A stretch of DNA of 64,000 nt from Syntrophales bacterium (GCA_963668175.1 OY764159.1:4032001-4096000), one strand, 5' to 3'; positions 52,538-63,324 are shown, counted from the stretch's first letter. Numbers and translations: made by a program. Notes: generated by a model not told the origin, from the letters alone.

Positions 52538-53289
52538 TGGTCGTGCCTCGCCATCAATTTGATGAAGGTATCCGACAGGGTCGCTTCGGGCCGGTCGGGA
52601 TAGGTCTCGCGGATGATCTCCGCGGGGCTGCCGATGGCCACGATCTTTCCTTCGTTGATCATGACAATCCGCTCGCAGTTGAGGGCTTCGTCCATGTAAT
52701 GGGTTGTCACGAAAACCGTCACACCGTCTGCCGCCAATTGCTTGATAAAGTCCCAGAAATGCCGACGGGTTATCGGATCGACGCCGGAAGTGGGTTCGTC
52801 CAGAAACAGGATATCGGGCCGGTGCAGGAGGGCGCAGCCCAGGGCCAGGCGTTGCCTCCAGCCGGGAGGGAGTTCCCGCGTCAGCCTCGTGCGGACATCC
52901 TGGAGACGGGCCATGTCCAGGGTCCAGGCGATACGCTCTTCCCATTGGTCCCGGGGCACATTGTAGACACCCAGGTAAAAACGGATATTTTCGAAGGGCG
53001 TCATGTCCTCGTAGAGAGAAAATTTCTGGGACATGTAACCGATGGCCGTCTTGATCTCTTCCGGCTGGCGGCGGATATCGAATCCCGCGACCGTTCCTTC
53101 GCCGGATGTCGGCGTGATGATGCCGCAGAGCATGCGGATCGTCGTAGATTTTCCCGATCCGTTCGGCCCCAGAAAACCGAAGATTTCACCTCTTTTCACG
53201 GAAAAGGAGATCCTGTCGACGGCAACGAAGGCACCGAACCTTTTTTCCAGACGGTCGACGGATACGGCGTCAGGGCTCGTGTTTTTCAT
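52534..53289 (-). CDS. ABC transporter ATP-binding protein
   Basis: GPNGSGKST, LFLDEPTSGVD, TTHY. Confidence 0.95.
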   Translation of the reverse strand: MKNTSPDAVSVDRLEKRFGAFVAVDRISFSVKRGEIFGFLGPNGSGKSTTIRMLCGIITPTSGEGTVAGFDIRRQPEEIKTAIGYMSQKFSLYEDMTPFENIRFYLGVYNVPRDQWEERIAWTLDMARLQDVRTRLTRELPPGWRQRLALGCALLHRPDILFLDEPTSGVDPITRRHFWDFIKQLAADGVTVFVTTHYMDEALNCERIVMINEGKIVAIGSPAEIIRETYPDRPEATLSDTFIKLMARHDH

Positions 53290-54034
53290 CGCTCAACTCT
53301 TCTTCAAGCTCCTGGATGCGCTGGACCGTGGCTTCCTCCAACGTGGTATATGACGACTTTATCTCCGCGGGTGTCCCGATGGCCAGGATACGCGCCCGGT
53401 GCATGAGCGCCAGATGATCGCACATCTCTCCCTCGTCGAGGTAGGCCGTGGAGACGACGATCGTCATCCCGTTTTTACGCATCTCCATGAGGATGTCCCA
53501 GAATTCCCGGCGGGAAACAGGGTCCACGCCGTTCGTCGGTTCGTCCAGGATAAGCACGCGCGGCTCGTGGACCAGCACGCAGGCTAGGCCCAGTTTTTGT
53601 TTCATACCTCCCGAGAGATTGCCCGCCGGCCGGTCCAGAAAAGGAAGGAGATTCGAAAAACCGAGATAGCGGTCGCGCCGCGCCTGGCGTTCCGCCCCGT
53701 AGATATTGAAGATATCCATGAAGAAGCTCATGTTTTCCGCGACGGTCAGATCCTGATAGAGACCGAAGCGCTGGGGCATGTAACCGATCAGCGGCTTGAT
53801 CCGCTTTTTCTCCTTGACGGTATCCATGCCGGCTACGAGAATGGTCCCGGACGCAGGCCGAAGCAACATGGCGATCAATCTCAAAAGCGTGGATTTGCCG
53901 GCGCCGTCGGAGCCGACGAGCCCGAAAATCGTCCCTTTCGGGACCGCAAGGGAAACCTCGCGAACAGCCACGGTCTGGCCGAATTTCATGGAAACACGGT
54001 CTACCGTGATTGCGGCATCATCGTAACCAGGCAT
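53270..54034 (-). CDS. ABC transporter ATP-binding protein
   Basis: GSDGAGKST, LSGGMKQK, ILDEPTNGVD. Confidence 0.95.
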   Translation of the reverse strand: MPGYDDAAITVDRVSMKFGQTVAVREVSLAVPKGTIFGLVGSDGAGKSTLLRLIAMLLRPASGTILVAGMDTVKEKKRIKPLIGYMPQRFGLYQDLTVAENMSFFMDIFNIYGAERQARRDRYLGFSNLLPFLDRPAGNLSGGMKQKLGLACVLVHEPRVLILDEPTNGVDPVSRREFWDILMEMRKNGMTIVVSTAYLDEGEMCDHLALMHRARILAIGTPAEIKSSYTTLEEATVQRIQELEEELSDEKHEP

Positions 54035-55025
54035 CGGCGGGCATACCGGATTTTAGAATCAAGTCTGGATTGGGAATGGAGACTTTGACGAGATAGACGA
54101 GTTTAACCCTTTCCTTGTGGGTCTGAATGATCTTGGGGGTGAATTCCCCTTCGGGAGAGATGAAGGAGACCTTGCCCTTGAAGACCCTGTTCGGAAAAGT
54201 ATCGATCTTGACATCGACGTTCTGACCCGGTTTCACCTTGCCGATTTCCGTTTCGTCGACAAAGATCTTGAGATCGACGGTGGACAAATCGGACAGGGTC
54301 ATGATCTCCCGGCCGATATTCAATACCTCTCCCGGCTCGACGCTGCGGCTCGTGATCACTCCGCCGTAGGGCGCCAAAACCCGGGCATACTTCAGTTGAA
54401 TCGCCGTCTGGTCGGTGGCGGCTTTTGCCGCCTTCGCCGTCGCCTCGATGGCGGCGATCTCCCTCCTGGTCACATCCATGCGGGCCAGATTGCTTTTGGC
54501 CTGCTGCAAAGACGCTTCGGCCTCTATTAATTTCGATCTGGCCGTGTCGTAGTTCAGCTTGACGGCATCCCGCTCTTTTTCGCTGACCACGCCTTGGGAA
54601 AAGAGCTGCGTATAACGTTCGTTGTTCTTCCGGGCGTCTTCCGCGGCAACCCTGGCCGCGGCGACATTGGCCTGGGCCCGGACAACATCGTCGGGCAGGG
54701 TTTTTTCATAAATGGCTAGGACCGTCTCCTGCTGCTGCCGGTTTTTGATCGCACTTTCATAATTGGCTTCGGCCTGTTCGTGACGGGCTTTCAGCTCCGA
54801 CGTTTCGAGTTCCACCAGGACCTGGTCCTTCTCGACGGTCTGCCCTTCCTTGACAAACACCTGCACGACCCGGCCGCCCACCTGGAACGACAAATGGGAT
54901 TGGGTGGCCTCGATCGTCCCGGAGTAATAGTGCTCGGCCTGCTGCGACCGCCACTGGCCGAAGTAGACGAGAACCCCTACACCTATAAGAAGAATGGCAA
55001 ATCCGACGATGATCTTCTTTTTCAT
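54018..55025 (-). CDS. HlyD-family membrane fusion protein (YbhG-like)
   Basis: N-terminal TM, SGTIEA, helical hairpin, EFTPKIIQT, LKSGMPAD. Confidence 0.93.
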   Translation of the reverse strand: MKKKIIVGFAILLIGVGVLVYFGQWRSQQAEHYYSGTIEATQSHLSFQVGGRVVQVFVKEGQTVEKDQVLVELETSELKARHEQAEANYESAIKNRQQQETVLAIYEKTLPDDVVRAQANVAAARVAAEDARKNNERYTQLFSQGVVSEKERDAVKLNYDTARSKLIEAEASLQQAKSNLARMDVTRREIAAIEATAKAAKAATDQTAIQLKYARVLAPYGGVITSRSVEPGEVLNIGREIMTLSDLSTVDLKIFVDETEIGKVKPGQNVDVKIDTFPNRVFKGKVSFISPEGEFTPKIIQTHKERVKLVYLVKVSIPNPDLILKSGMPADAWLR

Positions 55026-55088
55026 ATCCCCACTACCGGTCGATGCAATAACGGCTGTCCGCCGGATATCCTAAAGACGGATTCCCCG

Positions 55089-56438
55089 TTAGGGCAGCCT
55101 CGACGCCATGGCCCGTTCCAGCCTGGCCAGGCTGATGTTGTAATCCCCAAGGGCGGTGAAATAATCGGATTTCGCCCTGGTGAGGAGAGTCTGGGCATCC
55201 AGGACGTCCGTCGAGGTACCCACCTGTTCCTTGTAGCGCTCCTTGCTGATCCGGAAATTCTCTTCGGCCTGCTCGATGGCGGCTTTGGTAACCTGGATCT
55301 GTTTCTCCGCCTCGTGGGCCGACAGCCAGGCGTTCTTCAGATCCAAAGCAACCTGATCCCGTATATTCTGCAGACTGTCGTTGACCTGATTTTCCACGGA
55401 GCGTCTGTAGTCGACCCTGTATTTCGTCCGGCCCCATTCCCAAAAGTTCCAGTTGGCGGCAACGCCTACGTACCAGCTTTCCCGGTCTTTATAGACGGTC
55501 CCGTTGAGGCTTCCCGTATCGCCGTATCTTTCGTAATGGCCGAGCAGGTTGACGCTGGGGAAAAACTCGCTCTGGGCCACCTTGACCAGGCTCTGGGCCT
55601 GATCGACCCTCTTGGAATACGACCTGATCTCGGGACGATTCTCCAGGGCGGTTTTCAGGCAATCATCGAGGGGCATGGTCATAGGTTTATATGCGAGGAT
55701 GTCCTCAACCCTGGTCGGCGTATTAATGTTGCGTCGCAGAATCGTGTTGAATTTCGACTTGGCCATCTCAACGCCGTTGTCGGCCTTCACCATCGATTGC
55801 CGGCCGTTGGCAAGCTCCACTTCGGCCCTGAGCAGATCGTTGCGCGGAATGAGACCGACATCGAAGAAACTCTGGGCGGTATCGCGGTGCGCCTTTAACA
55901 GTTCCACCGATTGCACGGCAACGTCGAGAAGCCTCTCGGCCTTCAGGATGTTGAAATAGGAAATCTTGACGTCCTGAACGAGATCCAGGGTCGTCGCAGA
56001 TTCATCGTAGCGGGCGATCTCCGAACCGGCCCTGCCCGCCTGGTAGTTGGCCAGAATGCCTCCGCCGGCAAAAAGGGGCTGCCTCGCTTCCAGTGCCCAG
56101 GTATAGTTGTTCTGCGTGCCGCTGACGATATACCCTGCCGGAAGCAGGGGCGGAATGCCGGGGAAATAGAATATGGGTTCGTTGTTATATCTGAGATAAT
56201 TGTAGGAAGTGCTCAATTTCGGCAGAAAGCCCGTAAAGGCCTCCTTCTTCTGGGAATCCGCGCCGAAAACCCCCTCTTTCGCCGAGTGGACAAGAACGCT
56301 CTGCTTCAAGGCAATATCGATGCTTTCCTGCAATGTGAGGACCGGTCCGCTGTCGGCGGCGACGGCCGTACCGGAAAAGATCGCGGCACCCAGCACGACC
56401 AATGCGCATCCACACCATAATCTTTTCAAGGAGATCAT
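55089..56438 (-). CDS. TolC-family outer membrane efflux protein
   Basis: Signal peptide, LTLQESIDIAL, two OEP repeats, DVLDAQ. Confidence 0.93.
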   Translation of the reverse strand: MISLKRLWCGCALVVLGAAIFSGTAVAADSGPVLTLQESIDIALKQSVLVHSAKEGVFGADSQKKEAFTGFLPKLSTSYNYLRYNNEPIFYFPGIPPLLPAGYIVSGTQNNYTWALEARQPLFAGGGILANYQAGRAGSEIARYDESATTLDLVQDVKISYFNILKAERLLDVAVQSVELLKAHRDTAQSFFDVGLIPRNDLLRAEVELANGRQSMVKADNGVEMAKSKFNTILRRNINTPTRVEDILAYKPMTMPLDDCLKTALENRPEIRSYSKRVDQAQSLVKVAQSEFFPSVNLLGHYERYGDTGSLNGTVYKDRESWYVGVAANWNFWEWGRTKYRVDYRRSVENQVNDSLQNIRDQVALDLKNAWLSAHEAEKQIQVTKAAIEQAEENFRISKERYKEQVGTSTDVLDAQTLLTRAKSDYFTALGDYNISLARLERAMASRLP

Positions 56439-56461
56439 TTGAGCCTCTTTCGATTCTAAGG

Positions 56462-57175
56462 TTATCCCTGTTTATTCATCTGCTTCAAAATCGCCTCGAC
56501 ATCCACATTATTGACAGCCTGTGCGCTTCCCCCTTCGGAACCGGCCTTCTCCTGCTCGCAGGCCGTCGACTCCATGATCCCGTCGATATCGACGTCCTCG
56601 CCCCTGGTGAAGGGAAACAAAGGATAGAAGGATATCTCTCCAACGGAAACCTCCAGATAGAACCGATGGCTGCTGGCCGTTTTGAAGGACATCTTCCTCA
56701 GGAGGGGACGATAGATACCCGCTTCGATCGCAATTTCGACGGCTTCATTGACAACCAGCATTTTCGGCTGGCTTTGGCTGACGAAGATGGTCGTATCTTT
56801 TTCCAGATCCACCCGGAATCTGCCGATGCATTGGTTCATCAGCTCGCCTAGGCTGTTAGCGACTTCGTCGGCCGTATGATTGCCGGCAAGATCTTCCTCC
56901 GGCATGCCCATTCCGACAAGATATCGCCTGTAAATCTCCATGGCCGCCTCCGCCGAGAAATTCATGACGATGAGCCCCGTAAAGTCGCCGCCAAACAGGA
57001 CGAAGCAACCGATATCGGGTTTCAGACACGTCTTTTCTATCTTCTGCACCATCGGGGAGAAGGTGATGGAGGAATTCGTCGCTGCCGCCAGGGTGCTCTG
57101 GATCGAACCGCACAGAATCTTGAAGATATCGTCCGTCGTTACCAATTTACTGCCTTTCTTGTTCTTCTGTACCAT
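56462..57175 (-). CDS. DUF3334-like / CheX-like protein
   Basis: KTCLKPDIGCFVLF...MNFSAEAAMEIY...GMPEEDLA...GELMNQ resembles DUF3334 as recalled; ExxN motif of CheC/CheX phosphatases. Confidence 0.75.
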   Translation of the reverse strand: MVQKNKKGSKLVTTDDIFKILCGSIQSTLAAATNSSITFSPMVQKIEKTCLKPDIGCFVLFGGDFTGLIVMNFSAEAAMEIYRRYLVGMGMPEEDLAGNHTADEVANSLGELMNQCIGRFRVDLEKDTTIFVSQSQPKMLVVNEAVEIAIEAGIYRPLLRKMSFKTASSHRFYLEVSVGEISFYPLFPFTRGEDVDIDGIMESTACEQEKAGSEGGSAQAVNNVDVEAILKQMNKQG

Positions 57176-57193
57176 GTTTCGCTCCTTGCTCTG

Positions 57194-57832
57194 TTAAATG
57201 CGCCTCAGCGCCTTGATTACCATCCTGCCGATCTGGGCGGCAAAAGGCCCCACCAGCTTGTCGCCCGGAAGGATGAGATCACCTGCCATATCTTTGTATC
57301 TTTCCCGGATGGGAAACGTCATTTTGTAGACGGCCAGGGTGCTCACAACCATTAAATGAAGCGACAGCGGTGCCGTTTCTGCAAAAACGCCTGAAGATAT
57401 GCCCTCATCAAGTACCTTTTTTACAAGATCAATCATCCTGGCGAAATCCTCCAGGACAAAGGCATCCGGCAGATTCCCGCCGCCGGTGGCAATTTCCCTC
57501 ATCATCAGCGGAGGCATCTGGGGATTTGAATCCATGGCCTCGGCCACGGTTAGAATATACGTCATGATCTTCTCTTCGGGCGTCGCCGCGCGGCGGATAT
57601 TCTCCTCGATTCTGTCCGTCGTATTGCCGATTACCTGATGGATGACCTCGGCATAAAGTTCCTTTTTATCGCCGATATGGTAATAGATTGTGGCCTTGTT
57701 CACTCCCGCCCTTCTCGCCACCTCATCCATCCTGGCGCCGGCAAACCCCATTTCGGCGAAGACGTTCCTGGCCGCATCCATGATCTTGAGCCTGGCTTCG
57801 CCGTGCTTGTCTTTGATATCGTGCTCTCCCAT
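57194..57832 (-). CDS. TetR/AcrR family transcriptional regulator
   Basis: AARNVFAEMGFAGARMDEVARRAGVNKATIYYH HTH. Confidence 0.95.
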   Translation of the reverse strand: MGEHDIKDKHGEARLKIMDAARNVFAEMGFAGARMDEVARRAGVNKATIYYHIGDKKELYAEVIHQVIGNTTDRIEENIRRAATPEEKIMTYILTVAEAMDSNPQMPPLMMREIATGGGNLPDAFVLEDFARMIDLVKKVLDEGISSGVFAETAPLSLHLMVVSTLAVYKMTFPIRERYKDMAGDLILPGDKLVGPFAAQIGRMVIKALRRI

Positions 57833-57851
57833 ACATCGTCCCGACAGGAAC

Positions 57852-57906
57852 TTAACCGTTCAGTTTAACTAAATGGTAAAATACTCTGGCAACGCTTTCT
57901 TGTCAA
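57852..57906 (-). promoter_or_regulatory. Sigma70 promoter with overlapping palindromic operator
   Basis: Minus strand TTGACA-17 bp-TATTTT; imperfect inverted repeat ttaaccgttcagtt-t-aactaaatggtaaa (11 of 14 match) at 57852-57880. Confidence 0.65.
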
Positions 57907-58057
57907 GCCTTTTCTTGATCGGCCACCTGAAATAATAAACACAAGTTCTCTGATAGAAATCTATCAATGTGCGTTTCAGAAATCATAACAAAAGCGATTT
58001 CAACGACCATGTCCGAAATCCGCTAGTTATGGCCCCGCATCCATGTTATGAAGTTTT

Positions 58058-59521
58058 ATGCGAACCGAAGAAGATACATACTACGACGCCGTTGCCGCCC
58101 GGGATTACCGCTTCGACGGCAAGTTCTTCGTCGGCGTCAGGACGACGGGCGTTTACTGCCGGCCCATCTGCCCGGCGAGACCCAAGAGGGAAAACATCGT
58201 CTTCTTTCCCGATGCCCTCTCGGCCGAAAAAGCCGGATTTCGCCCCTGCCTCCGCTGCCGGCCGGAATCGGCTCCGCAGTCTCCCGCCTGGAGCGGACGC
58301 AACACGACCATCCACCGGGCCCTGAAACTTATTGCCGGCGGCAACCTTGCCGGGTCGACGCAGGACGATGTAGCGGAAAAGCTCGGCATAAGCGCCAGGC
58401 ACCTGCGGCGTCTCTTTGCGGAAGAATTGGGCAAGACCCCGAATCAGATATGGAGCGAATACCGTCTGAATTTTGCACGAAAACTAATAACGGAAACCGG
58501 ACTGCCCGTGACCGACATCGCTTTCTCGGCGGGATTCTTATCGCTACGCCGATTCAATGAAGCCTTTAAAACCAGGTTCCGCCGCACGCCGAGCGAAATA
58601 CGCCGTGAGCGCCATCAAGAACCGGTTGAGACAACCTTAAAACTGAAGCTCTCATATCGCCCTCCTCTTGATTGGAACGCCCTCCTTGCCTACTATCAAT
58701 CCCATTTGATCACCGGGGTCGAAAACGTCAAAGACAATCGCTATGAACGTGTCTTTCGTCTCGGCGATGCCACAGGCGCCCTTCGCGTTTCCCGGGCCCG
58801 GGAAAGCGAGGCCCTCGAACTGGAAGTCCTTACCACCGCCACCCGGTACCTCTACCGTATCGTACAGAATATCCGCCGGATGTTCGATCTCGACTCGGAC
58901 CCCCTGCTTATAGCCAACGCCTTTTCCTCGTCCCCTTTTATGGCGGCATTGAGCGGAAAATATCCGGGATTGAGACTCGCCCAGAGATGGGACCCGTTTG
59001 AGAGCGCCGTCTTTTCCATTCTTGGCCAACTCGTTTCCGTCGATCAAGCCGGGCGCCTGGTCGGACAACTGGTCCAAGGATACGGCGAAAAGATTCGGAA
59101 CCCCCTTTCGGGGGATGCGGCCTATCTCTTTCCCCGGCCTGAAACCTTGGCGGATGCCTCCCTCGCCGACATTCGGACCACCGAAGCCAGGAAAGAGACG
59201 ATCCGTATATTCAGCCGTCAGATTTCGTCCGGAAGGATTCGCCTCGATTCGGAACAGGACCCGATAGCCTTCAAGGATTCGCTCCTGCAGATCAAGGGGA
59301 TAGGAACATGGACGGCCGACGATATCTGCCTGCGGGCCCTGGGAGACCCGGACGCCTTCCCCGCCGACGACCTCATCCTGAAGCGCGCCTTGGCAAGGCA
59401 TCCGAAACTCCGAATGGAAGCCTTTAAACCATGGCGGGGCTATGCCGCCCTTTACCTCTGGAAGGAATATGCGCAGATTCTTTCGCACAAAAGGAGAAAA
59501 AACGATGACACTATTTTATAA
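58058..59521 (+). CDS. alkA: Ada metal-binding/AraC regulator fused to AlkA DNA-3-methyladenine glycosylase
   Basis: GVYCRPIC...RPCLRC Zn site, AraC HTH, AlkA N-terminal YRPPLDW, HhH IKGIGTWTA, DAFPADD, PWRGYA. Confidence 0.92.
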   Translation: MRTEEDTYYDAVAARDYRFDGKFFVGVRTTGVYCRPICPARPKRENIVFFPDALSAEKAGFRPCLRCRPESAPQSPAWSGRNTTIHRALKLIAGGNLAGSTQDDVAEKLGISARHLRRLFAEELGKTPNQIWSEYRLNFARKLITETGLPVTDIAFSAGFLSLRRFNEAFKTRFRRTPSEIRRERHQEPVETTLKLKLSYRPPLDWNALLAYYQSHLITGVENVKDNRYERVFRLGDATGALRVSRARESEALELEVLTTATRYLYRIVQNIRRMFDLDSDPLLIANAFSSSPFMAALSGKYPGLRLAQRWDPFESAVFSILGQLVSVDQAGRLVGQLVQGYGEKIRNPLSGDAAYLFPRPETLADASLADIRTTEARKETIRIFSRQISSGRIRLDSEQDPIAFKDSLLQIKGIGTWTADDICLRALGDPDAFPADDLILKRALARHPKLRMEAFKPWRGYAALYLWKEYAQILSHKRRKNDDTIL

Positions 59522-60026
59522 AACCATGGAAAGTCCGGTCGGGCGCCTCGTCCTGATCGCCGACCGGAACCATTTGCTCGCCGTCCGCTGGGAAAACAAG
59601 CAATATGATCGGGATATCGGCAGCGCCCAAGAGGATGTCCGCCACCCGGTCCTCCTGGAAGCCGAAAAACAGTTGAACGAATATTTTGCAGGCGCGAGGA
59701 AGTCCTTCCGACTTCCTCTGCCGGAACCCCTGGCCGGCACCGAATTCCAGAACAGGGTCTGGAAAACCTTACGCGACATCCCTTACGGGGAGACCATCAG
59801 CTACGAGGAACTCGCCCGCCGGATCGGCAAACCTTCGGCCTGCCGCGCTGTGGGAGGTGCCAACGGCAGGAACGCCATCCCCATCGTTATACCGTGCCAC
59901 CGGGTCATAGGGAAATCGGGAACGCTGACCGGCTTCGGAGGAGGACTCGACAGAAAAGAAACGCTCCTGAACCTGGAACGGGCCGTTTTGAGAAAGAACA
60001 GCCGTCCGCCGTCGAGGAAGGCCTGA
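59505..60026 (+). CDS. ogt: Methylated-DNA--protein-cysteine methyltransferase
   Basis: GTEFQNRVW, IPYGETISY, RAVGGANGRN, PCHRV active site; RBS aggag. Confidence 0.95.
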   Translation: MTLFYKTMESPVGRLVLIADRNHLLAVRWENKQYDRDIGSAQEDVRHPVLLEAEKQLNEYFAGARKSFRLPLPEPLAGTEFQNRVWKTLRDIPYGETISYEELARRIGKPSACRAVGGANGRNAIPIVIPCHRVIGKSGTLTGFGGGLDRKETLLNLERAVLRKNSRPPSRKA

Positions 60027-60256
60027 CCGGCGACTGCGTTAAACCCCCGATCCACGAGTTTTGGTCCATCTTACCGTCGCGATCGATCCTATTGACTCCT
60101 GGCGGTCATTGGAATTGATTGTTCCGGAAACAGTTTGATATCCCTGACATTTTCCTCGATTCCCGTCGACAGCAGATTTGTTTGACTCAGGGTCGTTTTT
60201 CGGCTATTGATGACCGTCAATCGACCGGAAAGCATTTCCGGCAAGGAGGCGCCATC

Positions 60257-61591
60257 ATGGTGAACGTACTGTTAATAGGCAACGGGGCAAGGGAACATGC
60301 CATCGCCGAAGCCATCGCATCATCGGCCCGCAAACCCGGGCTCTTTGCCTATATGAAGGCCAACAATCCCGGAATCGCGTCCCTTTCGGACAAGGTTCTG
60401 ATCGGCGGATACAACGATCTGGACGGTATTGTGGCTTTTGCCAGGTCGAACCGTATCGATTTCGCCGTTATCGGCCCGGAAGACCCGTTGAATGAGGGCG
60501 CGGTCGATGCCTTGCTGAAAGCCGGCATTCCGTCAGTGGGGCCTTCAAAAAGCCTGGCCAGGCTGGAGACCTCCAAGTCGTTCACCAGGAATCTGCTTGC
60601 GAAATACGACATCCCGGGGAATATTCGCTTCCGGGTATTCACGGGGGAGGAAGGCCTGAAGGCCTTCATGGACAGCCTCCCGGGCATCGTCATCAAACCC
60701 GACGGACTGACGGGCGGGAAAGGGGTCATGGTGCAAGGGGACCACTTCGAAACGCCCGGCCAGGCCCTCGACATCTGCCGGCAGTTTTTGAAAGAGCATC
60801 CCAGCATCACCGTGGAAGAAAAGCTGGAAGGGGAGGAGTTCTCCCTCCAGTGCCTGACGGACGGCAAGACCGTGGTGGCCACGCCTCCCGTCCAGGACCA
60901 CAAGCGCAGATTCGTGGACGACAAAGGCCCGAATACCGGCGGCATGGGTTCCTATTCCTGCGAAGATCACAGTCTGCCCTTCCTTGGGCCCCAGGATGTC
61001 CGTGACGGCCTTGCCATCACCCGGCAGGTAGCCGAGGCTATCTATAAGGAGACTGGCGAATACTATAAAGGAGTCATGTACGGCGGCTTTATGATCACCA
61101 GGACCGGCGTGAAGCTCCTCGAATACAATGCGCGCATGGGTGACCCCGAAGCCATGAATATCCTGCCCCTGCTGGCGACGGATTTTGTCGATATCTGCCG
61201 GGCCATCGTCGACGGGACGCTGGACCGACTGCCGCTGACCTTCCACAAAAAGGCCACGGTATGCAAATACGTTGTCCCGAAGGGGTACGGCCTTCCCAAG
61301 GACCATCCCGATGCGGCCTCTACATCGTCGCAGATCGAAGTGGGCGATACGGGGCAGGCGCGGCTTTACTACTCATCCGTGGACAAGCGGGAAGACGGTC
61401 TCTATATGTCCACATCCCGGGCCATCGGCGTCGTGGGTATCGCGGACAGCCTGGCCGAGGCGGAACAAATCGCCGAAAAGGCCGTATACGCCATCAAAGG
61501 CCCGGTCGCGCACCGGCCTGACATCGGAACGGCAGCGTTGATTGAAAAGCGTGTACATCACATGAAAGACCTCCGCAGTAAACCATCTTGA
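60257..61591 (+). CDS. purD: Phosphoribosylamine--glycine ligase
   Basis: GAREHA, GPEDPL, QDHKR, GPNTGGMG, EYNARMGDPE; start after aaggagg. Confidence 0.95.
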   Translation: MVNVLLIGNGAREHAIAEAIASSARKPGLFAYMKANNPGIASLSDKVLIGGYNDLDGIVAFARSNRIDFAVIGPEDPLNEGAVDALLKAGIPSVGPSKSLARLETSKSFTRNLLAKYDIPGNIRFRVFTGEEGLKAFMDSLPGIVIKPDGLTGGKGVMVQGDHFETPGQALDICRQFLKEHPSITVEEKLEGEEFSLQCLTDGKTVVATPPVQDHKRRFVDDKGPNTGGMGSYSCEDHSLPFLGPQDVRDGLAITRQVAEAIYKETGEYYKGVMYGGFMITRTGVKLLEYNARMGDPEAMNILPLLATDFVDICRAIVDGTLDRLPLTFHKKATVCKYVVPKGYGLPKDHPDAASTSSQIEVGDTGQARLYYSSVDKREDGLYMSTSRAIGVVGIADSLAEAEQIAEKAVYAIKGPVAHRPDIGTAALIEKRVHHMKDLRSKPS

Positions 61592-61755
61592 CCGATGTAA
61601 AACGATTCGTAAAATAAGATCCTCGACTTCCGGCCAGGCTTTCTGCCCGGAAGACGATGCTGAATATTTTCCCGGGACAGTCGGGCGAATGCCATGATGC
61701 GTCGCGGATCGGAATTGAAATTGAAACGAAGGACAACTTCTTAAAGGAGAAAGAA

Positions 61756-63324
61756 ATGTCATTGAACGAAGTCAAACGTGTTTTGATCAGCGTAACCGAC
61801 AAGCAGGGCATCGTCGCGTTTGCCAAGGAGCTATCCGCATTCGGCGTCGAAATCCTCTCGACGGGAGGAACGGCTGCACAATTGAGGGACAGCGGTATCG
61901 CCGTGAAGGATGTTTCCGAATACACCGGATTTCCGGAAATGATGGACGGGCGCCTTAAGACCCTCCATCCCAAAATCCACGGCGGTCTTCTGGCCTTGAG
62001 GGACAATGACGCCCATGTGAAAGCGATGAAGGAACACGGCATCGAGAGAATCGACATGGTCGTTATCAACCTCTACCAGTTCGAACAGACCGTCGCCAAG
62101 GAAGGCTGCACGCTCGATCATGCCATCGAAAATATCGATATCGGCGGGCCGACGATGCTCAGGGCCGCAGCGAAGAACTACCGTTTTGTGACGGTCGTGA
62201 CGGATCCGGGCGACTACCCGGCAATCATCGAAGAGATGAAGAAGACGGGAGGGAAGATTTCCGGAGCCACAAACTACCGGCTGGCCGTCAAGACCTTCCA
62301 GCTCACGGCGCGCTATGACGCCGCCATATCCAATTACCTGGGCAAGATCGAACCGGAAGGCGGTCACAAGGACTTTCCGGATACGTTCACGGTCCAGTTC
62401 AAAATGGCCCAGAGCCTTCGTTACGGGGAGAATCCCCATCAGATGGCCGCATTCTACAGGGAGAGCGACCAATCCCTTTCGGCCGTAGCCAATGCCAGAC
62501 AGATACAGGGAAAAGAGCTGTCCTACAACAACATCATGGATTCGGACGCCGCCTGGCAGGCCGTGAGCGACTTCGACAAACCCGCCGCCGTCGTGATGAA
62601 ACATGCCAACCCCTGCGGCGCCGCGACATCGGATGTCAGCATCGGCGAAGCTTACCGGAAGGCCATGGAGACGGACCCCGTCTCGGCATTCGGAGGCATC
62701 GTCGCCCTGAATCGTCCTGTGGACAAGGAGAGCGCCGTCGAACTGGCCAAGACATTTCTGGAAGTGATCATCGCCCCCGCCTTCGACGAAGAAGCCAAGG
62801 CCATCCTCGGCGCCAGGAAGAACGTCCGGGTGCTGGAAATCCCTTCGGCCCTCGACCGGCAGGCCGCCGGATACGACTTCCGCAAGGTGGTCGGGGGTTT
62901 GCTGGTTCAAGACCGCGACCGGAAACAGTCCGATATCCGCGAGGCCAAGGTGGTCACCAAGAGAAAGCCTACGGAAGAAGAGTACCAGGCCCTCGATTTT
63001 GCCTGGCGGGTCGTTAAATACGTAAAATCGAACGCCATCGTCTACGCGACGAAAGACCAGTTGGTAGGCGTCGGCGCCGGCCAGATGAGCCGTGTCGATT
63101 CCGTGAAAATCGCCAAAATGAAAGCCAATCTCCCGACGAAGGGGTGCGTTCTCGCATCGGATGCCTTCTTCCCCTTCCGGGACGGCGTGGATATGGCCGC
63201 CGAGGCGGGCATCACGGCCATCATTCAGCCCGGGGGCTCTGTGAGGGACGAGGAAGCCATCCAGGCGGCGGACGAGCACGGCATGGCCATGATATTCACC
63301 GGCGTCCGCCATTTCAGGCATTAA
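61756..63324 (+). CDS. purH: Bifunctional AICAR transformylase/IMP cyclohydrolase
   Basis: [49 protein letters not shown]. Confidence 0.97.
   Translation: MSLNEVKRVLISVTDKQGIVAFAKELSAFGVEILSTGGTAAQLRDSGIAVKDVSEYTGFPEMMDGRLKTLHPKIHGGLLALRDNDAHVKAMKEHGIERIDMVVINLYQFEQTVAKEGCTLDHAIENIDIGGPTMLRAAAKNYRFVTVVTDPGDYPAIIEEMKKTGGKISGATNYRLAVKTFQLTARYDAAISNYLGKIEPEGGHKDFPDTFTVQFKMAQSLRYGENPHQMAAFYRESDQSLSAVANARQIQGKELSYNNIMDSDAAWQAVSDFDKPAAVVMKHANPCGAATSDVSIGEAYRKAMETDPVSAFGGIVALNRPVDKESAVELAKTFLEVIIAPAFDEEAKAILGARKNVRVLEIPSALDRQAAGYDFRKVVGGLLVQDRDRKQSDIREAKVVTKRKPTEEEYQALDFAWRVVKYVKSNAIVYATKDQLVGVGAGQMSRVDSVKIAKMKANLPTKGCVLASDAFFPFRDGVDMAAEAGITAIIQPGGSVRDEEAIQAADEHGMAMIFTGVRHFRH

Noticed and set aside
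57960..58057. Ada box upstream of ada-alkA
   Set aside because: aaagcga only partly matches the E. coli box; too weak to call
60027..60256. ZTP or purine riboswitch upstream of purD or purH
   Set aside because: No recognisable conserved core here or in 61592-61755; an Rfam scan would be needed to exclude it fully
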